DNA of 64,000 nucleotides from an uncultured Verrucomicrobiae bacterium. Its GTDB lineage: Bacteria > Verrucomicrobiota > Verrucomicrobiia > Limisphaerales > UBA8199. The notes beneath the pieces are model-generated. The model had not been told where the DNA came from and did not search any database. It saw only the letters and a list, made by a program, of their open reading frames with translations. Position 1 is the stretch's first letter. Each line of letters starts with the position of its first letter. The DNA lies in assembly GCA_963809845.1 (NCBI GenBank), contig CAWELO010000002.1:198638-262637 (forward strand), written 5' to 3'. Of the stretch, positions 1 through 10,855 are shown one piece after another. A program made the position numbers and the translations under genes.

Positions 1-2
1 CG

Positions 3-410
3 GCGGGCTCGGGCAGTCTCGAAGCCAACACCTCCGGGGGGTCGATCGACGTTCATGATTTTCAAGGCGCTACCCATGTCGAGACCAGCGGGGGCGGCAT
101 CAATCTCCAAAATGTGGCCGGCCGGGTCGAAGGTTCCACCTCGGGTGGCTCCATTTCCGCCCGGCTGTCGTCGCCCTCTCCCGAGGAGGTCCGGTTGGAA
201 ACCTCGGGCGGTGGGGTGATGGTGCAAGTCCCGGAGACCTGGGCCTTTAACCTCGATGCCTCGACTTCCGGGGGAGACGTCAGCAGCGAGGTGCCGGTAA
301 CGGTGGTGGGCAAAACGGAACGGAGTTCACTCCGGGGCACCGTCAACGGCGGTGGCAAACCGATCTTCCTCCGCACCAGCGGCGGCAGCATTCGGATTCA
401 CAAGCTCTAG
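3..410 (+). CDS. DUF4097-like putative adhesin, C-terminal part (5' end outside window)
   Basis: Frame is open from the window edge. Recurrent beta-strand units (ETSGGGINLQ, STSGGSISARL, ETSGGGVMVQV, TSGGSIRIHKL*) resemble DUF4097 repeats. Confidence 0.55.
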   Translation, partial: AGSGSLEANTSGGSIDVHDFQGATHVETSGGGINLQNVAGRVEGSTSGGSISARLSSPSPEEVRLETSGGGVMVQVPETWAFNLDASTSGGDVSSEVPVTVVGKTERSSLRGTVNGGGKPIFLRTSGGSIRIHKL

Positions 411-600
411 CCAGCCTCGGTCTCAGAGCGGTGGTGCGGGGTGGGGACAGCCTGTCCCTACAATCCCGCGCCCATCTTGGTGGGGAAAGGCTGCCGCCAC
501 CCCGCCAACATGAGCTTGGTGCAACTCTGACTTCTCGTTGGGCGCATCCGCATCGTGCGCATGCCGGCAGTACCCCCCCCGCCGAACACGGCTAGACGCC

Positions 601-696
601 GGAGCGCCGGCTTTGAGCCGGCTTAGCGCGTCCCATATCCATAGGACCACGACAAGAATCGCCGAGCGCCGTAAGCCGGCTCAAAGCCAGCGCTCC
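601..696. repeat. Long inverted repeat / hairpin (about 30-bp arms, about 35-nt loop)
   Basis: 601-630 GGAGCGCCGGCTTTGAGCCGGCTTAGCGCG pairs with 666-696, whose reverse complement is GGAGCGCTGGCTTTGAGCCGGCTTACGGCGC. Each arm carries the sub-palindrome GCCGGCT-TTG-AGCCGGC. Confidence 0.6.
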
Positions 697-773
697 CGGG
701 GTACTGCAGGGACGCACCCATCCGCGTTCACGGCCAAAGAAACCATTGCCTCCCCGTTGGCTTTCCCGCCAGA

Positions 774-1958
774 ATGCGCGAGTTTACCGGCATGAGCACC
801 GCAACGTTGCCTCGCAGTCTTGAGACGCCGTCCGGCGCGGCCGATATTTCGGCCCCCGTGGTTCGGCCCGCCACGAGTCTTTGGAGGCTTCTGGGTGACG
901 TGCTGCACCACGGCGGCCCGGGGTACTTGCAGTTCGCCGTCACCAACATCTGCAATGCCAAGTGCGACTTCTGCGGCTTTGCCGTCGATCGGTTCGACCC
1001 CAAAAAGCGGCGTAGTGTTACCCTGTCGGAAGCCCGGGATGTGATTGATATCTGCGTAAAGAATCACATCGGTTACCTGCTCTTTGTCGGGGGTGAACCC
1101 CTGGTGCACAAAGATCTCCGGGCCATGACGCGGTATGCCGCCGAACGGGGGATTCACCCGATGATTTGCACCAACGGCTCGCTCTGGACCGATCAGAACA
1201 TGCGCGACCTGGCCGCCGATGGCCTCAGCAGCGTGATCATGTCCATCGACGCGCATGAGGTGGCTCGCCACGAAAAAAACCGCGGTTTGCCCGAGGTCTG
1301 TCGCAAGATCCAGCGAGCCAACGAGGTGTTCGGCCAGTTGGGCATCCAGACGACGGCGAGCGTCACCGCCAGCAAACTCATCGAAGACTACGACAAGCTG
1401 CCCGCGTTCCTCACCCAGTTGGGCTTTAAGAGCTGCACCTTCAGCTACCCGTTGACGAGCCTGGCTTCGAGCTATCTCAGCTTCAGCGATTCCACCCTGG
1501 TCAGCTACCAGACCGAGGAACTGATCGAGGTCTTCGAGAAGATCAAACAGATGAAGCTGCGCAGCGGCTTTCCGGTGGTCAATCCGGCCGAATCGCTCTC
1601 GGAAATGCAACGCCACTTGCGCCGGCAGCCGGAACGCTTCGGGTGCCTGGGCGGCCACAAGTACTTTTACCTCGATTGGAACCTGAATCTCTACCGGTGC
1701 CACTTCTGGGAAAAGCCCATGTGCAACATTTACGAGTTCGATTCGTCCCGGTTAATCCGCGACGGTTGCACGCGGTGCATGATTGATTGTTACCGGGACC
1801 CCAGCGTGCTGCAATTCGTGGCCGTCAGCGCGAGCGACGCCTGGCATCATCTCAAGCGGGGCCGGGCGCTGGCCGCGGCCAAGAGCCTTCTGGACCGGCG
1901 CAACCTGACGTCGCTCAAGGCGGTCTGGGAGGATCGCAAGTGGATCGGCAAGGTCTGA
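774..1958 (+). CDS. Radical SAM protein with C-terminal Cys-rich SPASM/twitch-like region
   Basis: 394-aa ORF with CxxxCxxC motif (VTNICNAKCDFCGF). C-terminal cysteines FGCLGG..YRCHFWEKPMC..GCTRCMIDCY include a CxxCxxxC block. An alternative start lies at ATG 792. Confidence 0.85.
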   Translation: MREFTGMSTATLPRSLETPSGAADISAPVVRPATSLWRLLGDVLHHGGPGYLQFAVTNICNAKCDFCGFAVDRFDPKKRRSVTLSEARDVIDICVKNHIGYLLFVGGEPLVHKDLRAMTRYAAERGIHPMICTNGSLWTDQNMRDLAADGLSSVIMSIDAHEVARHEKNRGLPEVCRKIQRANEVFGQLGIQTTASVTASKLIEDYDKLPAFLTQLGFKSCTFSYPLTSLASSYLSFSDSTLVSYQTEELIEVFEKIKQMKLRSGFPVVNPAESLSEMQRHLRRQPERFGCLGGHKYFYLDWNLNLYRCHFWEKPMCNIYEFDSSRLIRDGCTRCMIDCYRDPSVLQFVAVSASDAWHHLKRGRALAAAKSLLDRRNLTSLKAVWEDRKWIGKV

Positions 1959-2005
1959 GCGCGAATGCCGGCGCCGGGGGCAAACCGGAATGGCCGGTCG
2001 CGTTT

Positions 2006-2584
2006 TCAGTTGCCCTTGGAGGGCTCCGTTCCCGGGAGACGCACGGTGAGCACCGGGCAGGGCGCATGCCGCACCACGCGTTCGGCCGTGCTGCCCATCA
2101 GCAGATGCTCCATGCCGGTGAAACCGTGCGTGCCCACAACGATCATATCCGCGCCCATGGCCCTGGCCGTGTCAGGGATTTCGGAGTGGGCGCGTCCGAT
2201 CCGGACCAGGGTTTCGATGTCCAGGCTGCGCTCGGCTCGTCTGTGGGCTAAGGCCGCCAGGCGTCTCCGCCCGGCCTCGAGCAGGTCCTGGTTAGCCTCG
2301 CCAACGGGTGGGTTGACGCCAAAATAATTCTCCTGATAAACCGCCGGCTCGACCACGTGGAGGAGGATCAGCTTGGCCTGGAACTGCTGGCCCAGCGCCA
2401 CGGCGTAATCCAAGCCCAACAGCGAGCATTCCGAAAAATCAATGGGCACGAGGATGCGCTTGAACTTGATCACCGCGCTCGGACCCTGGGATACTGAGGG
2501 CGCCGAGGCGCTGGACAATTCACTCTCGATGGGCGGCGTTTTAGGCGCCGGCCCGTGTTTATGGTCCGCGGTTTTTGTTTTCAT
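2006..2584 (-). CDS. Universal stress protein (UspA family)
   Basis: ILVPIDFSECS near the N-terminus and ADMIVVGTHGFTGMEHLLMGSTAERVVRHAPCPVLTV at the C-terminus (Usp ATP-binding motif). Confidence 0.8.
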   Translation of the reverse strand: MKTKTADHKHGPAPKTPPIESELSSASAPSVSQGPSAVIKFKRILVPIDFSECSLLGLDYAVALGQQFQAKLILLHVVEPAVYQENYFGVNPPVGEANQDLLEAGRRRLAALAHRRAERSLDIETLVRIGRAHSEIPDTARAMGADMIVVGTHGFTGMEHLLMGSTAERVVRHAPCPVLTVRLPGTEPSKGN

Positions 2585-2775
2585 GCGTGGATGGGGTTTT
2601 TCCGCACTTCCGATTTCACGACTTGCTACCGGGGCGTTGACGTCCGAACTTTCTACAGGTTAAGAATCCAGACCCGGGGCTGACTTCACCACTTTTGGCA
2701 AATGCTTCTCGTTTCTTGGCAGAGGGTTGCATTTAGCATGTCGATCGGTTAGAGCCTTCCCCGCTTTGGCGGGCC

Positions 2776-4566
2776 ATGATTGGACGACTTATGACAAAAG
2801 AATGTTTGGGCGCGTGTAATACCAGCAACCGGTCCGTTTTGGCCTGGGTGCAGGAGATGGCAAATCTCTGCCGGCCCGACCAGGTGTTTTGGTGCAACGG
2901 CTCGAAGGCCGAGCGGGCGGCGCTCACGGAGGAGGCGGTCGCCAAGGGAATCCTCATTCGGCTGGACCAGAAGAAGCTCCCCGGCTGCTATTATCACCGC
3001 TCGAACCCGAACGACGTTGCGCGGGTCGAGCAATCCACGTTCATCTGCACGGTGGATCAGGAGGAAGCCGGCCCGACGAACAACTGGATGGCGCCGAAGG
3101 AAATGTACCAGAAGCTGCGCGGGCTGGCGGCCGGCTCGATGCGGGGGCGCACGATGTACGTCGTGCCCTACCTGATGGGTCCACCCGGGTCACCACTGGT
3201 CAAGGTGGGCCTGGAACTGACCGACTCGATCTATGTCGCGTTGAGCATGGGGATCATGACCCGGATGGGGGATATCGCCCACGAAGAGCTCGGCCACAGC
3301 GATGAGTTCAACCGCGGCCTGCACGCCATGCTCGATGTTCACCCCGAGCGCCGCTGCATCGCCCATTTCCCGCAGGACAACGCCATCATCTCGGTCGGCT
3401 CGAATTACGGCGGCAACGTATTGCTGGGGAAGAAGTGCCTGGCCTTGCGGATCGGGTCCTGCCTTGGGCGCCAGGAGGGCTGGTTCGCCGAGCACATGCT
3501 GATCCTGTGCATCGAATCGCCGACGGGCGAAAAGACCTATGTGGCGGCCGCTTTCCCCAGCGCCTGTGGCAAGACCAATTTCGCGATGATGATCCCGCCC
3601 GCGCACTTCAAGGGCTGGAAGATTCGAACCATCGGCGACGATATTGCCTGGATGAAACCCGGGCCCGATGGCCGGCTCTACGCCATCAATCCCGAGGCCG
3701 GTTATTTCGGGGTGGTTCCCGGGACCAACTCCAAGAGCAACTCCAACGCGGTGCAGATGATCTCCCACAATACCATCTACACCAACGTCGCCCTGACCCC
3801 CGATCTCGATGTGTGGTGGGAAGGCAAGGACGGGCCTGTTCCCAAAGAGTGCCTGGATTGGCGCGGGGATAAGTGGACGCCCGAGTCCAAGGACAAGGCC
3901 GCCCATCCGAACAGCCGTTTTACCGCGCCGATGATCAATAACCCGGTGCTGGCTCCGGAAACCGATGATCCCGATGGGGTGCCCATCAGCGCCATCATCT
4001 TCGGCGGACGCCGGGGAGATACCGTGCCGCTGATCTTCCAGGCCTTCAACTGGGTGCATGGGGTTTACATTGGCGCCACGATGGGGTCGGAAATGACCGC
4101 GGCTACGGACGGCGGCGCCGGCCAGGTGCGCCGCGATCCCATGGCCATGCTCCCGTTCTGCGGCTACCATATGGGGGATTACTTCCGCCATTGGATCAAC
4201 ATGCACCGCTTGATCAAGCATCCACCGCGCGTCTTTCACGTCAATTGGTTCCGCAAAAATGGCCAGGGCGAGTTCCTGTGGCCGGGTTTTGGGGAGAATA
4301 TGCGCGTGCTCAAGTGGATCGTCGATCGCTGCGGCGGGCGCGTGGATGCCGAAGAATCACCCCTGGGCTGGGTGCCGAACACCAAGACCTTCGATCTCGC
4401 GGGGCTGCCCAAATTCACCTCCGAACAGTTCGAGCAAGTCCAGGCCATCCACCACGAGGATTGGCGCCGGGAACTGCTCATGCAGCAGGAACTCTTCATG
4501 AAGCTCTACTCGCACTTGCCCAAGGAACTGATCTTCCAGCGGGAATTGTTGATGGCGAGGTTGTGA
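2776..4566 (+). CDS. pckG: Phosphoenolpyruvate carboxykinase (GTP)
   Basis: Intact 596-aa ORF with GTP-PEPCK hallmarks: FPSACGKTN kinase-1a loop, IGDDIAWM, NSRFTAP, FGGRR. Confidence 0.95.
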   Translation: MIGRLMTKECLGACNTSNRSVLAWVQEMANLCRPDQVFWCNGSKAERAALTEEAVAKGILIRLDQKKLPGCYYHRSNPNDVARVEQSTFICTVDQEEAGPTNNWMAPKEMYQKLRGLAAGSMRGRTMYVVPYLMGPPGSPLVKVGLELTDSIYVALSMGIMTRMGDIAHEELGHSDEFNRGLHAMLDVHPERRCIAHFPQDNAIISVGSNYGGNVLLGKKCLALRIGSCLGRQEGWFAEHMLILCIESPTGEKTYVAAAFPSACGKTNFAMMIPPAHFKGWKIRTIGDDIAWMKPGPDGRLYAINPEAGYFGVVPGTNSKSNSNAVQMISHNTIYTNVALTPDLDVWWEGKDGPVPKECLDWRGDKWTPESKDKAAHPNSRFTAPMINNPVLAPETDDPDGVPISAIIFGGRRGDTVPLIFQAFNWVHGVYIGATMGSEMTAATDGGAGQVRRDPMAMLPFCGYHMGDYFRHWINMHRLIKHPPRVFHVNWFRKNGQGEFLWPGFGENMRVLKWIVDRCGGRVDAEESPLGWVPNTKTFDLAGLPKFTSEQFEQVQAIHHEDWRRELLMQQELFMKLYSHLPKELIFQRELLMARL

Positions 4567-4729
4567 GGCCCTCGGGCCGGCCAAGGCCGGTTTCGCATGC
4601 CCGATCACGGCGCGGGCGAGATGCCCGGGTGCTACTGGGGTGCCTCGCCCCCGCTTTGCTTTGCACCGCCGGGGACATTGACCTTGACCCCCGGTGCCCC
4701 ATCTGGGAGCTTCCTCGGTACATTCCGAC

Positions 4730-6496
4730 ATGAGAAAGCGTAGCTTCCTATCACCGGTCCTGCTTTTGATATTGGTTTCCAGCCTGACCCAGCTCCAAGC
4801 CCAAACCGAGGACGCCAACCTGGAAACCTTCTTCAAGCATCACCTGGACGCCGCTTTCCGGCTTCGCCCCTGCAGGCCACCGAACTGGGTGACCATCGGT
4901 TCGACGCCGACCTTGAAGATCTGTCGCCCGAAGCCAGAGCCCGCTGGCTCGAACTCACGCGCGCCACCCTGGCCAGCCTGCCTAAGAGCGTCGATTATCG
5001 AAAACTCTCCCGCCCCAGCCAGATTGATTTTGAAATCCTCGAGCATTCCTTAAAGACCGACGAATGGCTCACGGAGAACTTCCATCCCTTCGAGGAGGAC
5101 CCTCGGGTTTACAACGATTATATCAATGACAGCGTGTACCTGTTGCTGACGCAATCCCGTTGCCCGAGGAGACGAACATCTCCAACTGCATCGCCCGCAT
5201 GGCCCGGATTCCTCGCATCGTGGAGGCGGCGCGCCGGAACCTGAAGAACCCTCCGCGCGCCCATACCGAAACTGCCATTCATCAAAACCGGGGCGCCATC
5301 GGCTTTTACGAGCGCGAGATTTTCCAGTTCGCCGACGAAACCCGGCAGCTCCCCGAACTCGAGGCGGCGGCCAAGCCCGTGGTCGCCTGCTTGAAGGACT
5401 ACCAGACGTTTCTCGAACAAGACCTGTTGCCCCGGGCCAAGGGCGAATGGCGAATCGGTCCGGAGAAGTTCGCGCGGAAACTGGATCTGGAATTGGACGC
5501 CGCGGTAAGCGCCGACCAGGTAATGGCGGAGGCGGAATCGGAGTTCGGGCGCGTCCAGCGCGACATGTATGTGATCGCGCGCCAGCTTTGGAGCAAGTAT
5601 TACTCCCCGGCAGGCGCTGCCGCCGGATGACGAAGACGGGCGCCGGGCCGCCGTGCAACGCGTCCTCGAGGCGGTGGCTCAGGACCACGCCCAACCGCAG
5701 GACCTCACGCGCGAAATGGAGCAGCGCGTCGAACGGCTCAAAGCAGTTCATTACCGCCAACGACATCCTCAAGCTGCCCGAGCCCGACCATTGCCAGGTG
5801 ATCGAGATGCCCGAATTTAAACGCGGCAATTCGACCGCGTACATGGAAGCCCCGGCCCCGCTGGATCCCAATGGCACCGGCCACCTGGCCGTGAGCCCGC
5901 CGCCCAAGGATTGGGATGCCCAGCGCGTCCGGAGCTACCTCGAAGAGTACAACAATTACATGCTCGATATCCTCACCATCCACGAGGGGTATCCCGGACA
6001 CAGCGTCCAGCTCGAATACATGAACCGCAATCCCTCCCTCATCCGGCGCGTGCTGCAATCGGGGGTTTATATCGAGGGCTGGGCGGTTTATACCGAGCAG
6101 ATGATGCTCGACCAGGGCTATGGCCACGGTGACCTGGCCCTGCGGCTCAACCAGCTCAAGTTTTATCTGCGCGCCGTGGCGAACACCATCCTCGACCACA
6201 AAATGCACTGCTCGAACCTGAGCGACGACGAGGCCATGACGTTCCTCACGCAAAACTGCTTTCAATCCGAAGGCGAAGCGCGGCTGAAGGTCATCCGGGC
6301 CAAGCAGAGTTCCTGCCAGCTCTCGACCTATTTCGTAGGGCGGATGGCGCATTACCGCCTGCGCCAGCAAATCGAACGCGAATTGGGAGATAAGTTTGTT
6401 CTGAGTCGTTATCACGAAGCCGTGTTGGAACCCGGCGCGGTGCCGGTGAAATACCTCGGAGAGATCGTCCGGCGGAAACTGGGCCTGATCCAATAG
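4730..6496 (+). pseudogene. DUF885 family protein, interrupted by at least 4 frame changes
   Basis: Signal peptide MRKRSFLSPVLLLILVSS. DUF885-like sequence continues across frames near 4868, 5155, 5615 and 5745. The C-terminal part carries HEGYPGHSVQ and is intact (track ORF 5447..6496). Confidence 0.75.
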
Positions 6497-6578
6497 CCGC
6501 CGTTCTCGCGAGCAGAACCACAATCCTCAGGCAAAGACCGGCTTCCGAAAGAAGGTGCGCAGGGTAGGACGTCGCTGA

Positions 6579-6606
6579 CCACGAACCATGCGAACCACAC
6601 GAAAAG
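6579..6606. repeat. 28-nt dispersed intergenic repeat, copy a
   Basis: CCACGAACCATGCGAACCACACGAAAAG; same family as 24267, 42039, 42112, 42148 (inverted) and 58342 (inverted). Confidence 0.55.
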
Positions 6607-6715
6607 GGGATTACCCCAGTTAAAGTTCGAGGACAGCCCTCGATCACGTGGGCGCGGTCCAGGGGTGATCCCGGAGGGCTTGAGCCGGCATGCGCGGCTG
6701 ATTATACTCGATGGC

Positions 6716-8318
6716 ATGAAGCCCGATTCCGCGGTGGCCTTGCGCCCAAGGAAGGTCTGCAAGCCATCGCTCCCCAGGCCTGGGAGGAGGCCGCTTCGAA
6801 TCGCCGCGATCTTGCTGTTGCCGCTGCTTCACCCGGGCGGGTTGGTCGAGTCCAGGGCCTCGGGCCAGGGCCTCTACACGGCCACGGTCCAGGTAAATGT
6901 CAACGCCGCCGGCCAAAACATTGTCGGTGATGCCGCGAACGAACCCTCCCTATGTATCGATCCCCTCCATCCCACCCGCCTGGCCATCGGCTGGCGCCAG
7001 TTCGACGATGTCCGAAGTGGCTTTCGCCAGGCGGGCTGGGCCTACACGACCAACGCGGGCGCGACCTGGACCTTTCCCGGCGTGCTCGAGCCGGGCACCT
7101 TTCGGAGCGACCCGGTCCTGGCGGCCGATGCCGGCGGAGTGTTCTACTACCTGGGAGTGCTCACCAACGGGAACTATCACTCCGACCTCTGGCGCTCGAC
7201 CAACGGGGGTGTGAGCTGGGACTTTTCCGGCGAGGCACTCGGTGGTGACAAAGAGTGGATGACCATCGATCGCACCACCGGCCCGGGGCGCGGAAACCTT
7301 TACGAGGCCTGGAGCCCCGATTTCAATTTCGCAAACGATCCTAACCAGATTTTCACCCGCTCGACCGATGGCGGCCAGACTTGGCAGACCGCCACCTCGA
7401 ATCCCCCAGCACCCCTATTGGGGCACGCTCGACGTGGGGCCGGGCGGGGAACTCTACGTTGCCGGTTGGGACGGCGCCGTTTTCTGGGTGAATCGCTCGA
7501 CGAACGCGGCCGACGCGAGCCTTGCGCCCACGTTCGATCAGACGACCCAGGTCGATCTCGGCGGGGGCATGATCTACGGCGCGCCGGTCAATCCGGTGGG
7601 TTTGTTGGGCCAGCCCTGGGTGGCCGTGGACCGTTCGCCCGGGCCAAACGGCGGCAACGTCTATTTGCTGTGCACGGTGAGCGGCACCGGCAATCCGGCC
7701 AACGTGATGTTTGCCCGGAGCACAAACAGCGGCCTGACCTGGAGCGCCCCGCTTCGTATCAACGACGACTCGCCAAATGCCGGTGCCTACCACTGGTTCG
7801 GAACCCTGTCGGTCGCTCCGAACGGACGGCTGGATGCCTGCTGGAACGATACCCGCGCCAATCCTTCCTCGCTGGTCTCTCGACTCTACTTCGCATCCTC
7901 GGAGGATGGCGGTTTGACCTGGTCGCCCAACACCCCCATCAGCGCCCCCTTCGATCCATCGCTGGGATACCCTTCGCAGGAGAAAATGGGCGACTACATC
8001 GGCATGGTCTCGCTGGACGGCGCGGCCATGATCGCCTACACGGCCACGTTCAACGGGGAGGAGGACATTTGGTTCACACGCGTCGAATTGCCCCTCGAAT
8101 TGAAGCTGACACTTTCGAATAACCTGGTTTAACTCGCTTGGAACACCGCGCCCGGCCAGATGTATTGCCTCGAAGCCGCGGACCGCCTGGTCGTGCCCTG
8201 GATGGCTACGACAAATCTCGGGTGCCTTACCGGAACCGGTGGCCTGGTCACTATCCAGGACGCCGTGCCTCCAACGTCCGCCACCCGCTTTTACCGCGTC
8301 GTCGAACAGCGACCTTGA
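6716..8318 (+). pseudogene. BNR/Asp-box repeat exoprotein (sialidase-fold-like), with one frameshift and one in-frame TAA
   Basis: Asp-boxes STNGGVSW, STDGGQTW, STNSGLTW, SEDGGLTW. Frame change near 7389. TAA at 8130-8132 is in frame with a further 61 codons that complete a conserved C-terminal module ending RFYRVVEQRP*. Confidence 0.7.
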
Positions 8319-8430
8319 ACCGGGCAAACAATTTCCCGGCTTTGGTGATCTCCACCGACTCGCCTTCCGTAATCCACGCCGCAACCCGTGGAAAGCAGTT
8401 TCGCAAATCTCTGACGGTGGCTGTTTTCAT
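8251..8430 (-). CDS. Phd/YefM-like antitoxin-like small ORF (orphan, possibly a remnant)
   Basis: MKTATVRDLRNCFPRVAAWITEGESVEITKAGKLFARFKV resembles the N-terminus of prevent-host-death antitoxins. No toxin ORF follows, and its 3' end overlaps the convergent BNR gene tail. Confidence 0.4.
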   Translation of the reverse strand: MKTATVRDLRNCFPRVAAWITEGESVEITKAGKLFARFKVAVRRRGKSGWRTLEARRPG

Positions 8431-8531
8431 CGTGATACACATATGTATCACATGGCCAGACCTGTAAACCGCGACCGGCCCGCGCGTTAAATGTGTTGTC
8501 TGGGGGACCGAGCTTTCTAAGAGAGAGCGGT

Positions 8532-10846
8532 TCAACCTCTTTTTCCGAGTGAAACCAAGGTCGCTTCCGCAGTGATGCTGTTAGTCACGACATACTCATA
8601 ACCCAAAAGAGCCGGAGGATTTGCGACGTCCGTCCAGGCGTTGGTTGGAGAGAGCGAGGAAGCAGACTCGAGCTGCCAACCGAAGGCGGTAAGCGGCCAA
8701 GAGAGAACCACGCTGGCGCCCTGCGTTGACATGCTTAGAGTTGGGGCGAGCGGCCCGGCGAACTGTATCCCGCGAACGCTAAGCTGGCCAGCCGTCGCAA
8801 CATTGTCACCATTCAGACCAAAGAAGAGCTGCACCCCCTGACCGGCGTATCCGGAGATACCCACCACCGTAACCGGCATCCAGACTGAATCCTGAATGAA
8901 TTCCGACTCCATCGTGAAAAAGTTCTGGTTTGATATACCCATCGTAAAAAACTCCCCCGGCCCGGCTCCGCTGATTTGAAATTGAAATGACAATTGCGTT
9001 GCACCTTCCGGAACGATCACGGGAACCGACGCAAAAAGATTCGTGGTCACACTCCCGCCTTTGGGCTGGTGCACTAGCGGCCCTTGTGGTGGAGGTTGTA
9101 AGGTGAATTGAAAGCCCCACGCCGCTTGGCCCGGGGCGGAAGGGGTTGGGGGGACAAAGTAGGCTGGCGTCGAATCCGCGGCGCCAAAAAACACCGGCTG
9201 GCCGCTGGGTGGCCCAAAATCGGCCGCAAACTTTTCCGTCAGGCTGCCCGCGTATTGGATTCCATTTTGAATACCGGCTTCAACGTGGTACCCCAGCGTG
9301 GCGGCGACCTGGTATGCTTTAAGCGCTCCCATAGTGGGGTAAATCAGGAATCGATCGAGGCCCAGACCAGCACTAGCGGTTAACGCATCCCTGAATGGAG
9401 TGGTTACGTCGATCAGCGAAAGCTCGGATTGGCTCAAATCCAGGCTCTGGAAGAAATAGGTGTTCGTGCCGGGTGGAGGCCTCAAGGAATTCCGCTCAAA
9501 GGAGTAGCGAAATCCCATGAGGCTAATCGTAGGATTTGCGACCGTTCGAGAATACCAATCGATTGCATAACCATGCAAAGCATTAAGGTCGTTACTGGCG
9601 TCGCGCCAGAGCACAATGTTGGCCGCTTCCGTGTGTGCCAGACCGACCAAGCTAACGTAATTGTCAACCCACGCATAATTCGCCGGGATAACGCGAGCCC
9701 AGGGGTTATCCAGAAAGAACTCGGCTGTGTCTGCGTTCAGGTTCGGATCGAGGGCGAGCTGACCCGCATCAAGAATCGACACTGCTTCGGCCTCGTCGAA
9801 TAGCGTCATGTGTGTGTTTTTAGAGTCAAACACAGCCAAACCTGGGGGGCGTGTTATCGCGTGCCCATGAATAAAGTCAGCGGCCTCGCAGTTTACGATT
9901 GTGCCCAGACTGTGGCCCAGGAAATGAATCGGTTGATTGTAGCCGGCACCAAGAGCGCGCAGGAGTTGGGACCCTAAGCCGTCGCCTTCGCTAAGCGTAC
10001 GCGAGGCTGCGGTTGTGGGCGAGAAGTTTGGTGGCATCCTCCCTCCAATCCCACGCCACGATATTCGCTATAGCCTCATAGCCGCCTGCTTTCAAAACCT
10101 GATAAAGGGAGGACGGCCAGCCATCCGAGCCAACGGCGCCAGAGCTTTCCCAACTCGGAATCCACCCGTGCGTTAAGACAATCGTCATCTTGTTCGTATC
10201 GATAACGCCGCCGCCCGTAAACACGATCATCTGGGTGCTGCTCAGTCCGTGCGGAGGTGCAACGAGTCCTGGTGGCGGCGGTTGACCCGTTTGAGTTGAT
10301 GTTGGCAGCGGTGGGGGAGGCGCGGTTGGCGGCTCATAAACCATCAATCGTGCGGCCGCGCTCAACGCCGAACCCAGGGCGTTTTGCACCTCAACGGAAT
10401 AATCTCCGCCGCTACGAGGCTCGACGCTAGGGAGCGTGAGACTCGGAGCGGTGGCCCTGAAATGGGGTGACCTTGGTACAACCATTGGTACTGGAGCGGA
10501 AGCCGGCCGTCGGCCACAACATTGAAATTGGCGGCCATGCCGGCTTGAACGGATAGGGGCTGCGGCTGCGCGGTGATGAGGGCCGCACCTTCCCCGAGCC
10601 CGTAGAAATAGCTTACCAAAGCGCTGTTCCTAAATCCCACACCGTCAACGTCCGGCCACTCGAAATACTGGTAGCTGGCGATGGGCGAAAGGATGCCGCC
10701 GTTGGTCAAGGCGGCGCTGCCGAAATTCTCGGTGTATTGATAGCTCACGATGGGCGACATGAAGTTTGTAATTACGTCAGCGGCTTTAGCTGGCGACAAT
10801 GGCCAAGCAGCACGGTGAGAGTCCAAATAGGCCAGAAAGATTTCAT
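8532..10846 (-). pseudogene. Secreted Ig-like + alpha/beta-hydrolase (lipase-like, GHSLG) exoprotein; about 3 frame changes
   Basis: Track ORFs 10362..10826, 9991..10485 and 8532..10037 join into one protein. Its parts are: signal-like MKSFWPIWTLTVLLG, SP[IV].SYQY repeats, an Ig-like segment (LQYQWLYQG..YSVEVQNALGS), a Pro-rich linker, then VLTHGW and HFLGHSLGT nucleophile-elbow motifs, and the shared C-terminal module. Confidence 0.65.
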
Positions 10847-10855
10847 AACACGAGG

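Noticed and set aside
681-1703. Long antisense or alternative-frame ORFs in the six-frame track: 681..1703-, 3190..4239-, 7353..8384-, 15896..16969+, 28853..30505+, 30719..32050+, 33429..34844+, 45874..47019-, 56907..57806+.
   Set aside because: Each lies entirely opposite or overlapping a gene with strong family motifs. Their translations are low-complexity and Arg/Gly/Pro/Ala-rich, as expected for stop-poor frames in high-GC DNA.
2700-2745. Sigma-54-like element cTTGGCAGagggTTGCAttt upstream of pckG.
   Set aside because: The GG-to-GC spacing is one nucleotide shorter than the invariant -24/-12 spacing, and no enhancer-binding protein gene is adjacent.
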